From positions 136,065 to 200,064 of the forward strand of contig CATOSP010000001.1 of assembly GCA_951812625.1 (NCBI GenBank): a DNA stretch of 64,000 nt, read 5' to 3'. Positions 9,647 through 20,078 of this stretch are shown one piece after another. The DNA comes from an uncultured Dehalococcoidia bacterium (lineage in GTDB: Bacteria > Chloroflexota > Dehalococcoidia > Lucifugimonadales > UBA3495). The stretch's first letter is position 1. The number at the start of each line of letters is the position of its first letter. Position numbers and translations under genes: made by a program. The notes beneath the pieces are model-generated. The model was not told the origin of the DNA. It did not search any database and saw only the letters and a list, made by a program, of their open reading frames with translations.

Positions 9647-10112
9647 ACACTGTCCTCAGTTGGTATCTACGAATCCCCTCCAGACCGGTTTGGAAGAATG
9701 AAGTAAGCCTGAAGCTCATAATATTTAGTCACCGTTTACAGTCGAATTGTCTCTCCGGCCAACCAGTGGCGACAAGGGCAGTGTGTACTGAGTTGCACGA
9801 TACGAATGTATCTCTCAGATTCCGGTGCAAAAGTAACTGCCCTGAGACTGCCCTCCCGGCAAGCGCCCTTCGGGATGGTCCCGTGGTCCGGGAGAGTGGT
9901 AGTGGTTACCGTTTGGTGTGTGTGGGCAGATGAGTCGATATGGGTGCGGTCCGGTAGCGGTCTGCCGTTTAGCAGCAGCCTTACAGCCTACGGCAGGGGT
10001 GGATAATCGGTCAGGCGATCCAGCCCAATAATCCCGTGCGCTTGCCGACGACAGTTCCCGCTGCGCATGTTTCCCGGTCGACGGAAGTCACAGTCAGTAT
10101 AGGCGATTCAAG

Positions 10113-10143
10113 CAACTCCTTGTCCACAATGGACAAGGAGTTG
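10113..10143 (-). terminator. Perfect 14-bp hairpin downstream of the ACT-domain gene
   Basis: CAACTCCTTGTCCA-caa-TGGACAAGGAGTTG. No clear U-tract, so it may be a terminator or a protein-binding palindrome. Confidence 0.3.
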
Positions 10144-10261
10144 GTGATGACCCAAACCATGCACGGTCTGTTGAGCCTGACTTAGAACGGGACGGGCGGA
10201 ACCTGGAAATAGCAAGTGCATATGGGATCACTGTACTGGCTGATTCGGACTAGGCTTTGCC

Positions 10262-10654
10262 TCAGACAATGGACTCCGGATCAACCAGGTCCTCAGCCCG
10301 AGCACGGTCGTCCGTCGTGAGGGCCACTGTAGCATATCCGGAACGGCGGGCCAGGATGTGAAGACTTTGGATGTTCACACCGGCCGCCTTGAATCGTTCA
10401 GCCACCCTCGCCAACGCCCCGGGCTCATCACGCAGCCGGAATATCAGGGAGTCATCGGTGGCAGCCTTGAAACCGGCGTCGTTCAGCGCGTGAAGCGCCC
10501 GGTCGGTGTCGTCAGTCGTGAGGGTCACTATACCCTGCTCCCCGGCTCTCTCGGTGTCCAGGGACTCGATGTTGATGCCCACGTCCGCCAGGGCCATTGT
10601 GATGTCCGCTATCACCCCGACCTCGTTCCTCGCCATGATGACAATCCTTTCCAT
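10262..10654 (-). CDS. ACT-domain protein (two ACT repeats)
   Basis: ATG 10654 after GAGGAGG. Two repeats of the ACT pattern (GVIADITMALADVGINIESL and GALARVAERFKAAGVNIQSL). It starts 18 nt after the decarboxylase stop codon. Confidence 0.75.
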   Translation of the reverse strand: MERIVIMARNEVGVIADITMALADVGINIESLDTERAGEQGIVTLTTDDTDRALHALNDAGFKAATDDSLIFRLRDEPGALARVAERFKAAGVNIQSLHILARRSGYATVALTTDDRARAEDLVDPESIV

Positions 10655-10671
10655 ACAGGTGGCCCTCCTCT

Positions 10672-11784
10672 CTATCTCAAGCAATCGTCGACGAGTTCGT
10701 CCATCATATCCCGGGTCACGTGCGGCATCGTGATTACGTGGGCTATGTCCTCGAATGGGGCTATCTGCCACTTCCGGAAGACTTCCGGCTTCGGCCGGGG
10801 GAAAACGACGGTAGCCGAGTTCCGGTTCCGCCATGCGGGAACGCCAGCGTCATTGAAGCGGCGGACCCCATATTCGGCTACTTCCAGCATTCCGACCACA
10901 GTTTCCTGAAAGCCTTCATGGCCGCGCTCCTGAAAAGCGTGCCAGATGATCAGCGGCGCCAGGGCGCTCCGCGATCCCGGGATGGTGGTGTCCAGGGCTC
11001 CCACATACTCGATTGAGCGGGCGATACGCGCCACATAGTCCTTGTTGGTCAGTACGACGCCGCAGGGCAGGGGAGAGCCTATCAGCTTGTGGCCACTGAC
11101 CGCCATACTATTCACCCCGGCGTCGAATCCATGGGGCTGCGGGTCCGGGACGAAGGGAAGTATCATCCCACTGAGCGCAGCGTCAGCGTGGACGTAGGAG
11201 TCCTGCACGTCCAGGCCCTCCAGGATGTCCCTGATTCTGTACAAATCGTCCACGGCACCCTTCATGGTGGTGCCAATGTTGGCGACGATGATCGCCGGAG
11301 TGTCCCGGTTGACCCGGATGGTCTCGCGGAGGTCCTCATAGTCCACCTCTCCGTTCTCCTGGCTCTTGATCATGATGTTTCGCATGTTCAGGACGCGAAG
11401 GAGCTTAACAACGCTGTAGTGGGTGTCCTGGGAGAAGTAGACGGTGCCCGTGGGGAAGAGTTCTCGGCCCATGTACAGGCCGTACATGTTCCCCTCGGTG
11501 CCGCCGGAGGTAACGTAGCCCCACGCTTGTTCCTGATCGAGGTGCATGAGGTCCGCGAAGGTAGAGATTACCTCCCGCTCGATCTCGTGGGTATTCATGC
11601 GGAAGTTGCTGCCCTGGAACGGGTCGCCGACATTATTGGCGGAGTACTGGAGGAAAGGCAGGAGATCTGAGTAGTCGAAGTCCTGGTTGACGGGATAACC
11701 TACCTGTCGTTTAGCCATCTCCTTGAAGCTGGAGAGGAGTGCGTTCAGCCGAGCTGAGGCGGATTTTGGCAGAGGGCCGGACAT
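10672..11784 (-). CDS. hdc: PLP-dependent histidine decarboxylase
   Basis: ATG 11784 after AGGAGG. TSGGTEGN and the PLP-lysine motif AVSGHKLIGSPLPCGVV closely match Gram-negative-type histidine decarboxylases. Confidence 0.8.
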   Translation of the reverse strand: MSGPLPKSASARLNALLSSFKEMAKRQVGYPVNQDFDYSDLLPFLQYSANNVGDPFQGSNFRMNTHEIEREVISTFADLMHLDQEQAWGYVTSGGTEGNMYGLYMGRELFPTGTVYFSQDTHYSVVKLLRVLNMRNIMIKSQENGEVDYEDLRETIRVNRDTPAIIVANIGTTMKGAVDDLYRIRDILEGLDVQDSYVHADAALSGMILPFVPDPQPHGFDAGVNSMAVSGHKLIGSPLPCGVVLTNKDYVARIARSIEYVGALDTTIPGSRSALAPLIIWHAFQERGHEGFQETVVGMLEVAEYGVRRFNDAGVPAWRNRNSATVVFPRPKPEVFRKWQIAPFEDIAHVITMPHVTRDMMDELVDDCLR

Positions 11785-12519
11785 GACGTTGCCTCCTTTC
11801 CCAGGTCCCAGCAACCTGCGCTCGTGGGTGAAACACTGTTTGGAGGGTTCCTCCCCCGGTTCCTGCCGGTAAGGGTCTATGCCGGCTCGTTCGTAAGCGA
11901 CAGGGTGAAGCAGCTGACGTTGTAGGCGCCCGCCATACATTACTTATGCTTTCTTCCCGATGGGGGAATGTATCACGGGGTGATGCCTCCATCAAGCCTG
12001 TTCCGGTCGGGCTAAGTTTATTTCCTTCTTCCGTTCCGCTCCTTATGTTGAATCAGGGGATTGGGATCTGTCCTGTTCCTGCCCGTCATCTGGATGGCCC
12101 CAAGAGCACGACGTGCGTTGGAAAGAGCGACCCAGGCTGCGAGGCTACCTCATGTTCGTTCCGCTTGAGTCGACTCCCCCGGGCCGGCGGGGACAACCCT
12201 TCAGGCCATTGCAAGATTGGAGTGACGAGGGAATTGTATTTCGTAAATGTTTCGTGTATGTTTCGTAATTATTTCATGATGACAGATGTGGTGTCCTATC
12301 TACACCCTATTGCAGGTCATTGGGGGCGGAGCAGCCTGCGCCGATCGCAAGACAGGTGGGCCCGGGTAGATGGCTATCCTGTCTCCCGTTTGTATATATC
12401 CATACCTACGACTGTTCAAATTCAGCGTATGCAAACCATGTGGCGAATACGGATCGCACAGTCGAAGTAGCTGCTTAACAAACAAGACGCTCCGAAATTA
12501 TGAAAAGGATATAAGAGGA

Positions 12520-12549
12520 TTGTGACGAATACATTGCTTATGATATACT
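12520..12549 (+). promoter_or_regulatory. Putative promoter of the fusion-regulator gene
   Basis: TTGTGA-18 nt-TATACT. A similar box (TTATGA...TATACT) precedes the tandem paralogue near 15330-15360. Confidence 0.35.
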
Positions 12550-12607
12550 CCTGCACCGTTGGGCTGTCCCGGCCAGAACGGTTTATGGGCGTGCCCGACA
12601 GCTTCAT

Positions 12608-15139
12608 GTGGCTGGTGTACGCATGAAGCGCGCATATTTGAACGGATCCTATCCGTCTATTGCGCCCAAGTACGAGCATTGGGTGGAACTGATGCGCTCG
12701 TCGCAGACTTCTCATGAGGCGGTCATGTCTTCCTCTCGATTGCACGAGGGGGACACTGAAGCAGACCAACTCAGGCGCCAAAATGCGGAGTTGAGAAACA
12801 GGCTCACCAAGCTGAGTGAGGCCACTCTTCGCGTTACTGAAAACCTCGACTTCAATGCCGTCCTGCAGGAAGTTATCGACAGCGCCCGCACCCTGACCGG
12901 AGCCCGCTACGGGGCGCTCCTGACTTACGATCAGGCCGGGGGCATACAGGACTTTATCACCTCTGGACTGACTCCCGAAGAGATTGAACTGCTAACCATC
13001 TCGCCCAAAGGTCTGGGCCTTCTGGGATATCTGAACGACGTCAGAGAGCCGCTGAGGGTCTCGGACATCGCCAGCCATCCCGGTTCCGTGGGATTCCCCG
13101 AAAACCATCCGCCGATGAAGACCTTCCTCGGAATGCCTGTGAGGCATCACGGTGAGCACGTCGGCAACATCTACCTGACGGAGAAGGATGGTGGCCGGGA
13201 GTTCACGAGTGAAGACGAAGAAACCCTCGTGATGTTCGCTTCCCAGGCGGCCCACGCCATCTCGAACGGCCGACGGCATGAAGAGGCGCTTGTCGCCAAA
13301 GCCGACCTGGAGGCTCTGGTCAACATCTCGCCGGTGGGCGTCGCGGTCTTTGATGCAAGGACAGGAGAATTGGCCTTGGTTAACCAGGAGGCCCGCCGCA
13401 TCATTGGCGATGTGGGTTCCCAGGATATGCCTTGGGAACAGGTCCTTGAATTGCTGACATTTCAGCGTGCGGACGGACGCGAGCTTTCGCTTAGTGATGA
13501 CCCCATGATGAGGGTATTGCGAAGCGGAGAGACGGTTCGTGCGGAGGAAATCATCATTAATCTCCCGGACGGGAGGTCAGTTCCTACCCTGGTCAATGCC
13601 GCACCCATATATTCGGAGCAGGGCGAGATTGTGTCCGTTGTAGTCACCACACAGGATATGACACCCCTGGAAGAAGTGGGACGCCTACGCGCAGAGTTCC
13701 TCGGCATGGTCAGCCAGGAACTGCGGACTCCCCTGACCACCATCAAGGGTTCTGTCGCCGCCCTGTCGGGGGCGATGTCTTCCTCTAATGCAAGAGAGTC
13801 GGTTCAGCTCGTGCGAATCGTCGACCAGCAGGCTGACCTCATGCGCGCTCAGATCAACAGCCTGATCGAACTGACCCACATCCAGGCAGGAACATTGTCG
13901 ATCTCTCCGGAAACCGTGGACGTACTACCCCTGGTAGATACGGCGATCAGGGAGTTCCAGCGTGGCCAACCTGGGAACCCGGTAGAGAAGAACATCCCGC
14001 CGGGCTTGTCCCAGATCATGGCTGACGGACAACGCATCGTCCAGGTCCTTTACAACCTCATGTCCCACGCATCCAAGTACTCGCCCCAGTCCTCCACAAT
14101 CGCCGTGTCGGCGGTCAACGATGACCTCTACGTTGCCGTCTCAGTATCTGCCATCAGGATTGGTATGGCGGCGCCGGAATCTTCCCGGCTGTTCAGGAAG
14201 TTCTCGCGCATACGTCCAGGAGAACCGAGAGAGATGACCGGCGGAGACGACTTGGCTCTTGCCATTTGTAGGGGCATCGTGGAGGCGCATGGCGGACGAA
14301 TGTGGGCCGACAGCGGCGAAAGTGGACGTGGAATCGTACTTACCTTCGAGATTCTAGTGTCCGAAGAGGTGACAGAGAACGCAGCCCCAGGGTCCGCACA
14401 GGAGCATGATCCCTCCGAGGTTGCATCGGGCCAAAGCCCGCGGATCCTCGTGGCAGTTGATGATACAAGAACGCTGGGAGTTGTCCGTCGCATCCTTTCT
14501 CGCGCGGACTATGCACCCGTCGTGGCTGCGGGCTCTGGCGAAGTGGACCGCCTCATGTGGGAGGAGAAGCCTCAGCTTCTCCTGTTAGACATGGCAGATC
14601 TTGGGAACGACAGCTTCGACGTGATTCGAAATGTATCCGGGACATACGACGTACCGGTCATTGTCATGTCCGAGCCGGGTGACGGGGACAAGATCGTCAG
14701 AGCCTACGAAATGGGGGCCGACGGTTACATTGTGAAACCCTTCTCACCCACGGAACTCGTGGCGAGGATCAGGGCGTCCCTACGAAATCGGCCCGGGTCG
14801 CGCCGGAGCCAGAAGCCCGAGGGTTATTCACTAGGGGGCATGGCAATCAACTACGAGGGACGTGTGGTGACTGTAGGCGGACACCAAGTGCAAATGACCG
14901 CCACGGAGTACAATCTGCTCTTCGAGCTTTCCACGAACGCCGGGCGTGTCCTGACCCAGGATGAACTGCTGCAGCGGGTCTGGGGACCAGAATTTCTGGG
15001 ACAGCCCGAGGTGTTGCGCTCCTACGTGAGAAGCCTCCGCAGAAAGTTGGGAGATAACGCGAGGAACCCCTCGTACATCTTCACAGAACACGGCATCGGC
15101 TACCGGATGGCGCAGCCCCAACCGCAGTCCACCCCATAA
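12608..15139 (+). CDS. GAF-PAS-(His-less kinase-like core)-REC-OmpR-type winged-helix fusion protein, paralogue 1
   Basis: 843-aa ORF; alternative starts include ATG 12623. GAF (ARYGALLTYD...HPPMKTFLGMPV), PAS, an H-box-like FLGMVSQELRTPL with Q in place of H, a degenerate ATPase boxes region, REC (VAVDD..LLLLDM..VKPF), and wHTH (TATEYNLLFEL...YIFTEHGIGYRM). Confidence 0.85.
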   Translation: MAGVRMKRAYLNGSYPSIAPKYEHWVELMRSSQTSHEAVMSSSRLHEGDTEADQLRRQNAELRNRLTKLSEATLRVTENLDFNAVLQEVIDSARTLTGARYGALLTYDQAGGIQDFITSGLTPEEIELLTISPKGLGLLGYLNDVREPLRVSDIASHPGSVGFPENHPPMKTFLGMPVRHHGEHVGNIYLTEKDGGREFTSEDEETLVMFASQAAHAISNGRRHEEALVAKADLEALVNISPVGVAVFDARTGELALVNQEARRIIGDVGSQDMPWEQVLELLTFQRADGRELSLSDDPMMRVLRSGETVRAEEIIINLPDGRSVPTLVNAAPIYSEQGEIVSVVVTTQDMTPLEEVGRLRAEFLGMVSQELRTPLTTIKGSVAALSGAMSSSNARESVQLVRIVDQQADLMRAQINSLIELTHIQAGTLSISPETVDVLPLVDTAIREFQRGQPGNPVEKNIPPGLSQIMADGQRIVQVLYNLMSHASKYSPQSSTIAVSAVNDDLYVAVSVSAIRIGMAAPESSRLFRKFSRIRPGEPREMTGGDDLALAICRGIVEAHGGRMWADSGESGRGIVLTFEILVSEEVTENAAPGSAQEHDPSEVASGQSPRILVAVDDTRTLGVVRRILSRADYAPVVAAGSGEVDRLMWEEKPQLLLLDMADLGNDSFDVIRNVSGTYDVPVIVMSEPGDGDKIVRAYEMGADGYIVKPFSPTELVARIRASLRNRPGSRRSQKPEGYSLGGMAINYEGRVVTVGGHQVQMTATEYNLLFELSTNAGRVLTQDELLQRVWGPEFLGQPEVLRSYVRSLRRKLGDNARNPSYIFTEHGIGYRMAQPQPQSTP

Positions 15140-15501
15140 ACTGCTGCCAAAACCCCTGACGCCTCTACGCTATTGACACACGACCCGTAACCCCTAACAC
15201 GCGTATCCTCCCCAGGCTATCCAACGATCAGATACGGCATATCTAGCCCGTTTCGTGAATGAGGATTGCGCCGCTCACGTAGCTGCGCAGTCGACATAGA
15301 ACACGGAATAATAGCGATGATATGTCAATATTATGACGAATGAACGCCCAAGCTATACTTCCCCACCTCAGGAGTGCCTCGGCAAGGCAGGTTCAGGGGC
15401 ACGTCCATCGACTTCCTGTATCTTATGTGCACGTAAAACGTGGATACAACAACGTAATATCTCCATGCATGGCTCCCAAGTATGAGCATTAGGTGGAATA
15501 T

Positions 15502-17976
15502 ATGTCCTCGTCACAGACCTCTTGCCAAACAGCCATGGCTTCCTCTCAACTGGAGGAGGAGACTGAATCAGACGGGCTCAGGCGCGAATACGAGGCGCTA
15601 AAGGACCGGCTCAAGAAGCTGAGCTAGGCTACTCTTCGCATCTCCGAAAACCTAGACTTCGGAGTTGTCCTCCAGGAAATCGTCGACAATTCCCGTTCCC
15701 TGACCGGCGCCAGGTACGGGGCGCTTCTGACATACGATGAAACCGGGGCCATACAGGACTTCACCACCTCGGGACTCTCTGCCAAGGAACTGGAGTTGTT
15801 GAAAACCTCGACCAAAGGGCTGGGACTTCTCGGATCCCTGAACCAAGTCAGCAAGCCGCTGAGGATTTCAGACATAGCCAGCCATCCCAGTTCGGTCGGA
15901 TTTCCGGAGAACCACCCGACCATGAAACCCTTCCTTGGAATACCAGTCTGGTACCACGGGGAACACGTCGGCAGTATCTACCTCACCGAAAAGGAACGAG
16001 CACAGGAGTTTACCGAAGAAGACGAAGAGATCCTGGTGATGTTTGCTTCCCAGGCAGCATCGATAATCTCGAATGCCCGAAGGTATGAAGAAGAGCACCA
16101 AGCAAAGGTGTATCTTGAGACCCTGCTGGACCTCTCTCCGATGGGAGTTGTCGTCTTCAACACGCAAACGGGCGATCTGGACTTCCTTAACCAGGAAGTC
16201 AGGCGCATGATGGGGGACCTGGGGATCCCGGAAGAGGGGTTGGATGACATTTTCGAAGTATTGTCCTTTCGCCGAACCGACGGGCGAGAAATCTCCTATA
16301 TGGACCTTCCCGCCACGAGGGTGCTTCTAAGCGCCGAAACTGTCAAGGCAGAAGAAATCGTGGAGCAAGCTCCGAGCGGGGAAGAGATTACCGCCGTGAT
16401 AAACGCCGCCCCCATCTTTTCTGAATCTGGAGAGATAGTGTTGTCGGTGGTGTCTGTTTTGCAGGACATGACACCCTTGGACAGTTTGGAACGTAAGCGG
16501 GCTGAATTCTTGGGGGTGGTGAGCGAAGAGCTGAGAACCCCCTTGACGACCATCAAGGGTTCTGCCGCCGCCCTTAGAAGCATTGTTGATCCGATGAATC
16601 CGACTGAGCCACTGCAGTTGTTGCGTATCATTGACCAGCAGGCGGACCTGATGCGCAGCCAGGTTAACAGCCTCATTGAGGTGAGCCAGATAGAGACAGG
16701 AACATTGTCAGTGGTGGCCGAGTTGGCGGATGTATCAGAATTGCTAAAGGAGGCCTGCGGAGAGTTCATTCGAGACCACGGCGCCAGTGCAATAGAACCT
16801 GACATCCCGGCTGGGCTCCCCAATGTCATGGTCGACAAGCAGCGCATTGGCCAGGTATTACACAATTTCCTTCGCCAGGCCGCAAAGTACTCGAACGAAT
16901 CGGCGCCAATTAAAGTGTCTGCGTCAACGGTCGACATTTATGTTGCCATCTCGGTTTCTGTGGAAGCCTCGTTTGCTTCTCCCCAGGAAACTTCCGTCCC
17001 GTCCGACGAATCAGAAACTCCTGAAGTGTTCAAGAAGATTGTACGTTCGCACGCCAAGATCGAAGACATGGTATCTCAGGGGGAGGGCTTGGCGATTGCG
17101 TTTTGCCGTGGTGTTGTTGAGGCACACGGGGGCCGGATGCACGTGGAAGATGGAGCCGGGCCGGGAGGGATGACAATAGCCTCCACCATTCCGTCGGTTG
17201 ACGAGCCTGAAGAGAAGGCTGTATCGGTCGGCACACCCCATGCGGGGCACGACGGTTCTCCGGCAAGTGAAGCAGCCCGGATCGTAGTATCCATTGACGA
17301 TCCGCAGGTGCAGGGAACGGTCCGCCAGGTCCTTTCCAGTGCCGGTTACACGCCCATAACGGCGTACGACCTGGACAGCTTGGAGAATCTGATCAAGAAA
17401 GAGACGCCCCACCTTCTCCTGATGGATCTGTCGTCTCACGGAGCGGAAGGGTTTGAGTTAACGCGACATCTCTCCAACGCGTTCGACGTTCCAGTTATAG
17501 TACTGTCCAGCCAAGGGGATGACGAAGATATCACCCGGGCCTTCGAAATGGGAGCCGCTGACTACATGGTCAGACCCTTCTCACCCACGGAACTCGTGGC
17601 GAGAATCAAGGCGTCCCTTAGAACGCGAGCCAACTCCGACCGAACTCGGGCATTCGAAGGCTATAAGTTGGGCGACATGGCAATCAACTACGAGGGACGT
17701 GTGGTCACTGTGGGCGGACACCAAGTGCAAATGACCGCCACAGAATACAATCTGCTCTTCGAGCTTTCCACGAAGGCCGGGCGTATCCTGACCCAGGATG
17801 AACTGCTGCAGCGGGTCTGGGGACCAGAATTTCTGGGACAGCCCAAGGTGTTGCGCTCCTACGTGAGAAGCCTCCGCAGAAAGTTGGGAGATAACGCGAG
17901 GAACCCCTCGTACATCTTCACGGAACACGGCATCGGCTACCGGATGGCGCAGCCCCAACCGCAGCCCACTCCATAA
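15502..17976 (+). pseudogene. GAF-PAS-(His-less kinase-like core)-REC-wHTH fusion, paralogue 2, interrupted by in-frame TAG
   Basis: Colinear with 12608-15139. ATG 15502, in-frame TAG at 15625-15627 where paralogue 1 has GAG. The first possible restart (TTG 15796) would truncate the GAF domain. H-box reads FLGVVSEELRTPL. Confidence 0.7.
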
Positions 17977-18858
17977 ACTGCTGCCAAAACCCCTGACACC
18001 TCCAACATGGTGCCAGTAGAAACTCCAGTGGAACGCACCAGTTCTCGAGCCTGGGCAGTCTGAGTTGCGAACTTTCCGCTGGGAAATCTCCCTTTGAGAG
18101 AGCGAACGGTGCCTGAGTACCGCTTGTTAGCCACCGCGGTCCTTAACCATCCCCCACTCGGCATGGTGCAAGTACCTGTCGGCCACTCCGGAGTAGAAGG
18201 GGATTTTTCAGGGGACGATGCACCACTTTCCGTCAACTTGGAGCATCCCACAAGACTTGCATGGTCACGGGACCAGTTTCCGGGGAACAGACCGCACATT
18301 AGGAATGGTCTCTAATGCATCGCCAGCGTGCATGGTCTCGCTATCGGACCAACCACGGCCCCCTTCCCTGAAAAATCCATACAAGCAATCAGTCGGTCAA
18401 ATTGGTTACCGCAACCGTGACCTCCAGCCTTGTCGTGTTGATCTGGTCATCCCCGGCTTCCACCGTCACCAGGTATGAGTCCGGCCCTGATAGCCTCCAA
18501 GAAGCAACTTGAGGCTTCTAGAGTGCGGCACTCAAGACCAACAGCCGTAGAGTTCTGAGCGAATCTACCTATACTGGAGGGCGTAAGCAGGAGTTCGAGA
18601 GCGGTCCAGATCAAGTATTGCTCAACGGTTCTGCCAGCCGGTGCGATTCAGGCATGGTCTCGTAGGTCTCTATACCCCCACCATGATTGGTATACCAAGA
18701 GACCTACGCAGCGCGATGTGGACTATTCTGAACCAGTGTCCGCCAGGGTTCACATGGAAACATCAACCCGCCATGTCACCCGGCCGGGCAAGCCCCGGTC
18801 GATCGGTGCGCATATAAGTACACACATCGGCCAAGTGGTCTCAAAAAGGGCCGCACTA

Positions 18859-20078
18859 GTATTCAGTCAAATCAAGAATGGCAGGGGTAGAGGCGACGGA
18901 GCTTCGTTCGCGCGTCCTTGGCGGTGAAACGCCAGTTAATGGCGGATGCCGTAGTGTTACGCTCTGACACGCAGGCGTCCACGGCAGTTCCCAGGCTCTC
19001 CTCGTCGGCGTTGCGTCCGCGCAGGCAGGCCCGGGCCAGCACGCTGAACTCGGTCTCCGCCATGTTCAGCCAACTCCCGTGCCTGGGCGTGTGATGGAAC
19101 TCCAGCCGCCTGGCGATGCGCCGGGCCTCCGGGGCCGGGAAGGTCTCGTACAGCGACGCCATCCGGTGAGTGTTCAGATTGTCCAATACCAGGCGGACCA
19201 CCGGAACGTCCGGGTAGGCCTCGTCCACCAGCCAGCGCATCTGATGAGCGAAGTCCTGCATGGTGCGCCGCTGGGTTATCTCCACATGGCGCCAGCCAGC
19301 CTTGGGCTCGCAGGTCAGGAACAGGTTGCGGGTGCCGGACCGCACGTATTCGTAGTCCTCGCGCCTGGGACGTCCGGGCCCGGCCGGCAGGGGAGCCCTG
19401 GTTTCCGCGAGCAGTTGGGTGGAGGTCTCGTCGAAGCAGACCACCGGCCTCTGGGGACCGTAAGGCTCAGCGTAGAGGTCCAGCACGTCCTCAATGGCCG
19501 CCACGAACTCCCCGCCTGCCCTGGGGATACACCACTGCTGCTTCCGCCACGGCTTGAGAGTGTTTTTTTTCAGGTGCAGCCGCACCGTCTCGTGGGACAA
19601 GGATGCCACCAGCCCCAACTCCACCGCCCTGCCAGCCAGGGCGCGGAGCGTCCAGTGGTCATGGCCCTCGGGGGCCGGACTGCAGGCCAGAGCTATCAGG
19701 TGAGCTTCGACCCGCTCGTCCACCTTCCGGTACGGGTTGGGCGGGTTGTGGCGCCGCAGCGCCTCCTCCAGTCCCTCCTCCACGTACCGGCGCTTGGCGC
19801 GGCGCACGGTCCGCTCCGACACGTCAAGGGCCGCGGCTACCTGGGGAGCGGTCCAACCCTCGTCGGTCTTGAGAAGTATGCGCGCCCGCGTGATGGCCTG
19901 GGCCGAGTTCCTGCCGGCCCGGATCATCCTCTTGAGCCGTCCCTTCTCCTGCACAGTTAGATGGACTGTGTAAACCTCCTGCACCATGGATGTCCCTCCC
20001 ACAACACAACTTCAGTCCAAAAGATAGCATCCAGGGCCAGAATGTGTACTACGTGACAATGCCGCTTTGACACAATAC
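18859..20078 (-). mobile_element. IS630-family insertion sequence
   Basis: Terminal inverted repeats GTATTCAGTCAAA (18859-18871) and TTTGACACAATAC (20066-20078). Flanked by a TA/TA duplication (18857-18858 and 20079-20080), as expected for IS630/Tc1. Confidence 0.85.
18872..19987 (-). CDS. IS630-family transposase
   Basis: ATG 19987 after GGGAGGG. An N-terminal HTH is followed by the DDE_3 part (VVCFDETS...LVLDNLNTHR...FHHTPRHGSWLNMAETEFSVL). Confidence 0.9.
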   Translation of the reverse strand: MVQEVYTVHLTVQEKGRLKRMIRAGRNSAQAITRARILLKTDEGWTAPQVAAALDVSERTVRRAKRRYVEEGLEEALRRHNPPNPYRKVDERVEAHLIALACSPAPEGHDHWTLRALAGRAVELGLVASLSHETVRLHLKKNTLKPWRKQQWCIPRAGGEFVAAIEDVLDLYAEPYGPQRPVVCFDETSTQLLAETRAPLPAGPGRPRREDYEYVRSGTRNLFLTCEPKAGWRHVEITQRRTMQDFAHQMRWLVDEAYPDVPVVRLVLDNLNTHRMASLYETFPAPEARRIARRLEFHHTPRHGSWLNMAETEFSVLARACLRGRNADEESLGTAVDACVSERNTTASAINWRFTAKDARTKLRRLYPCHS

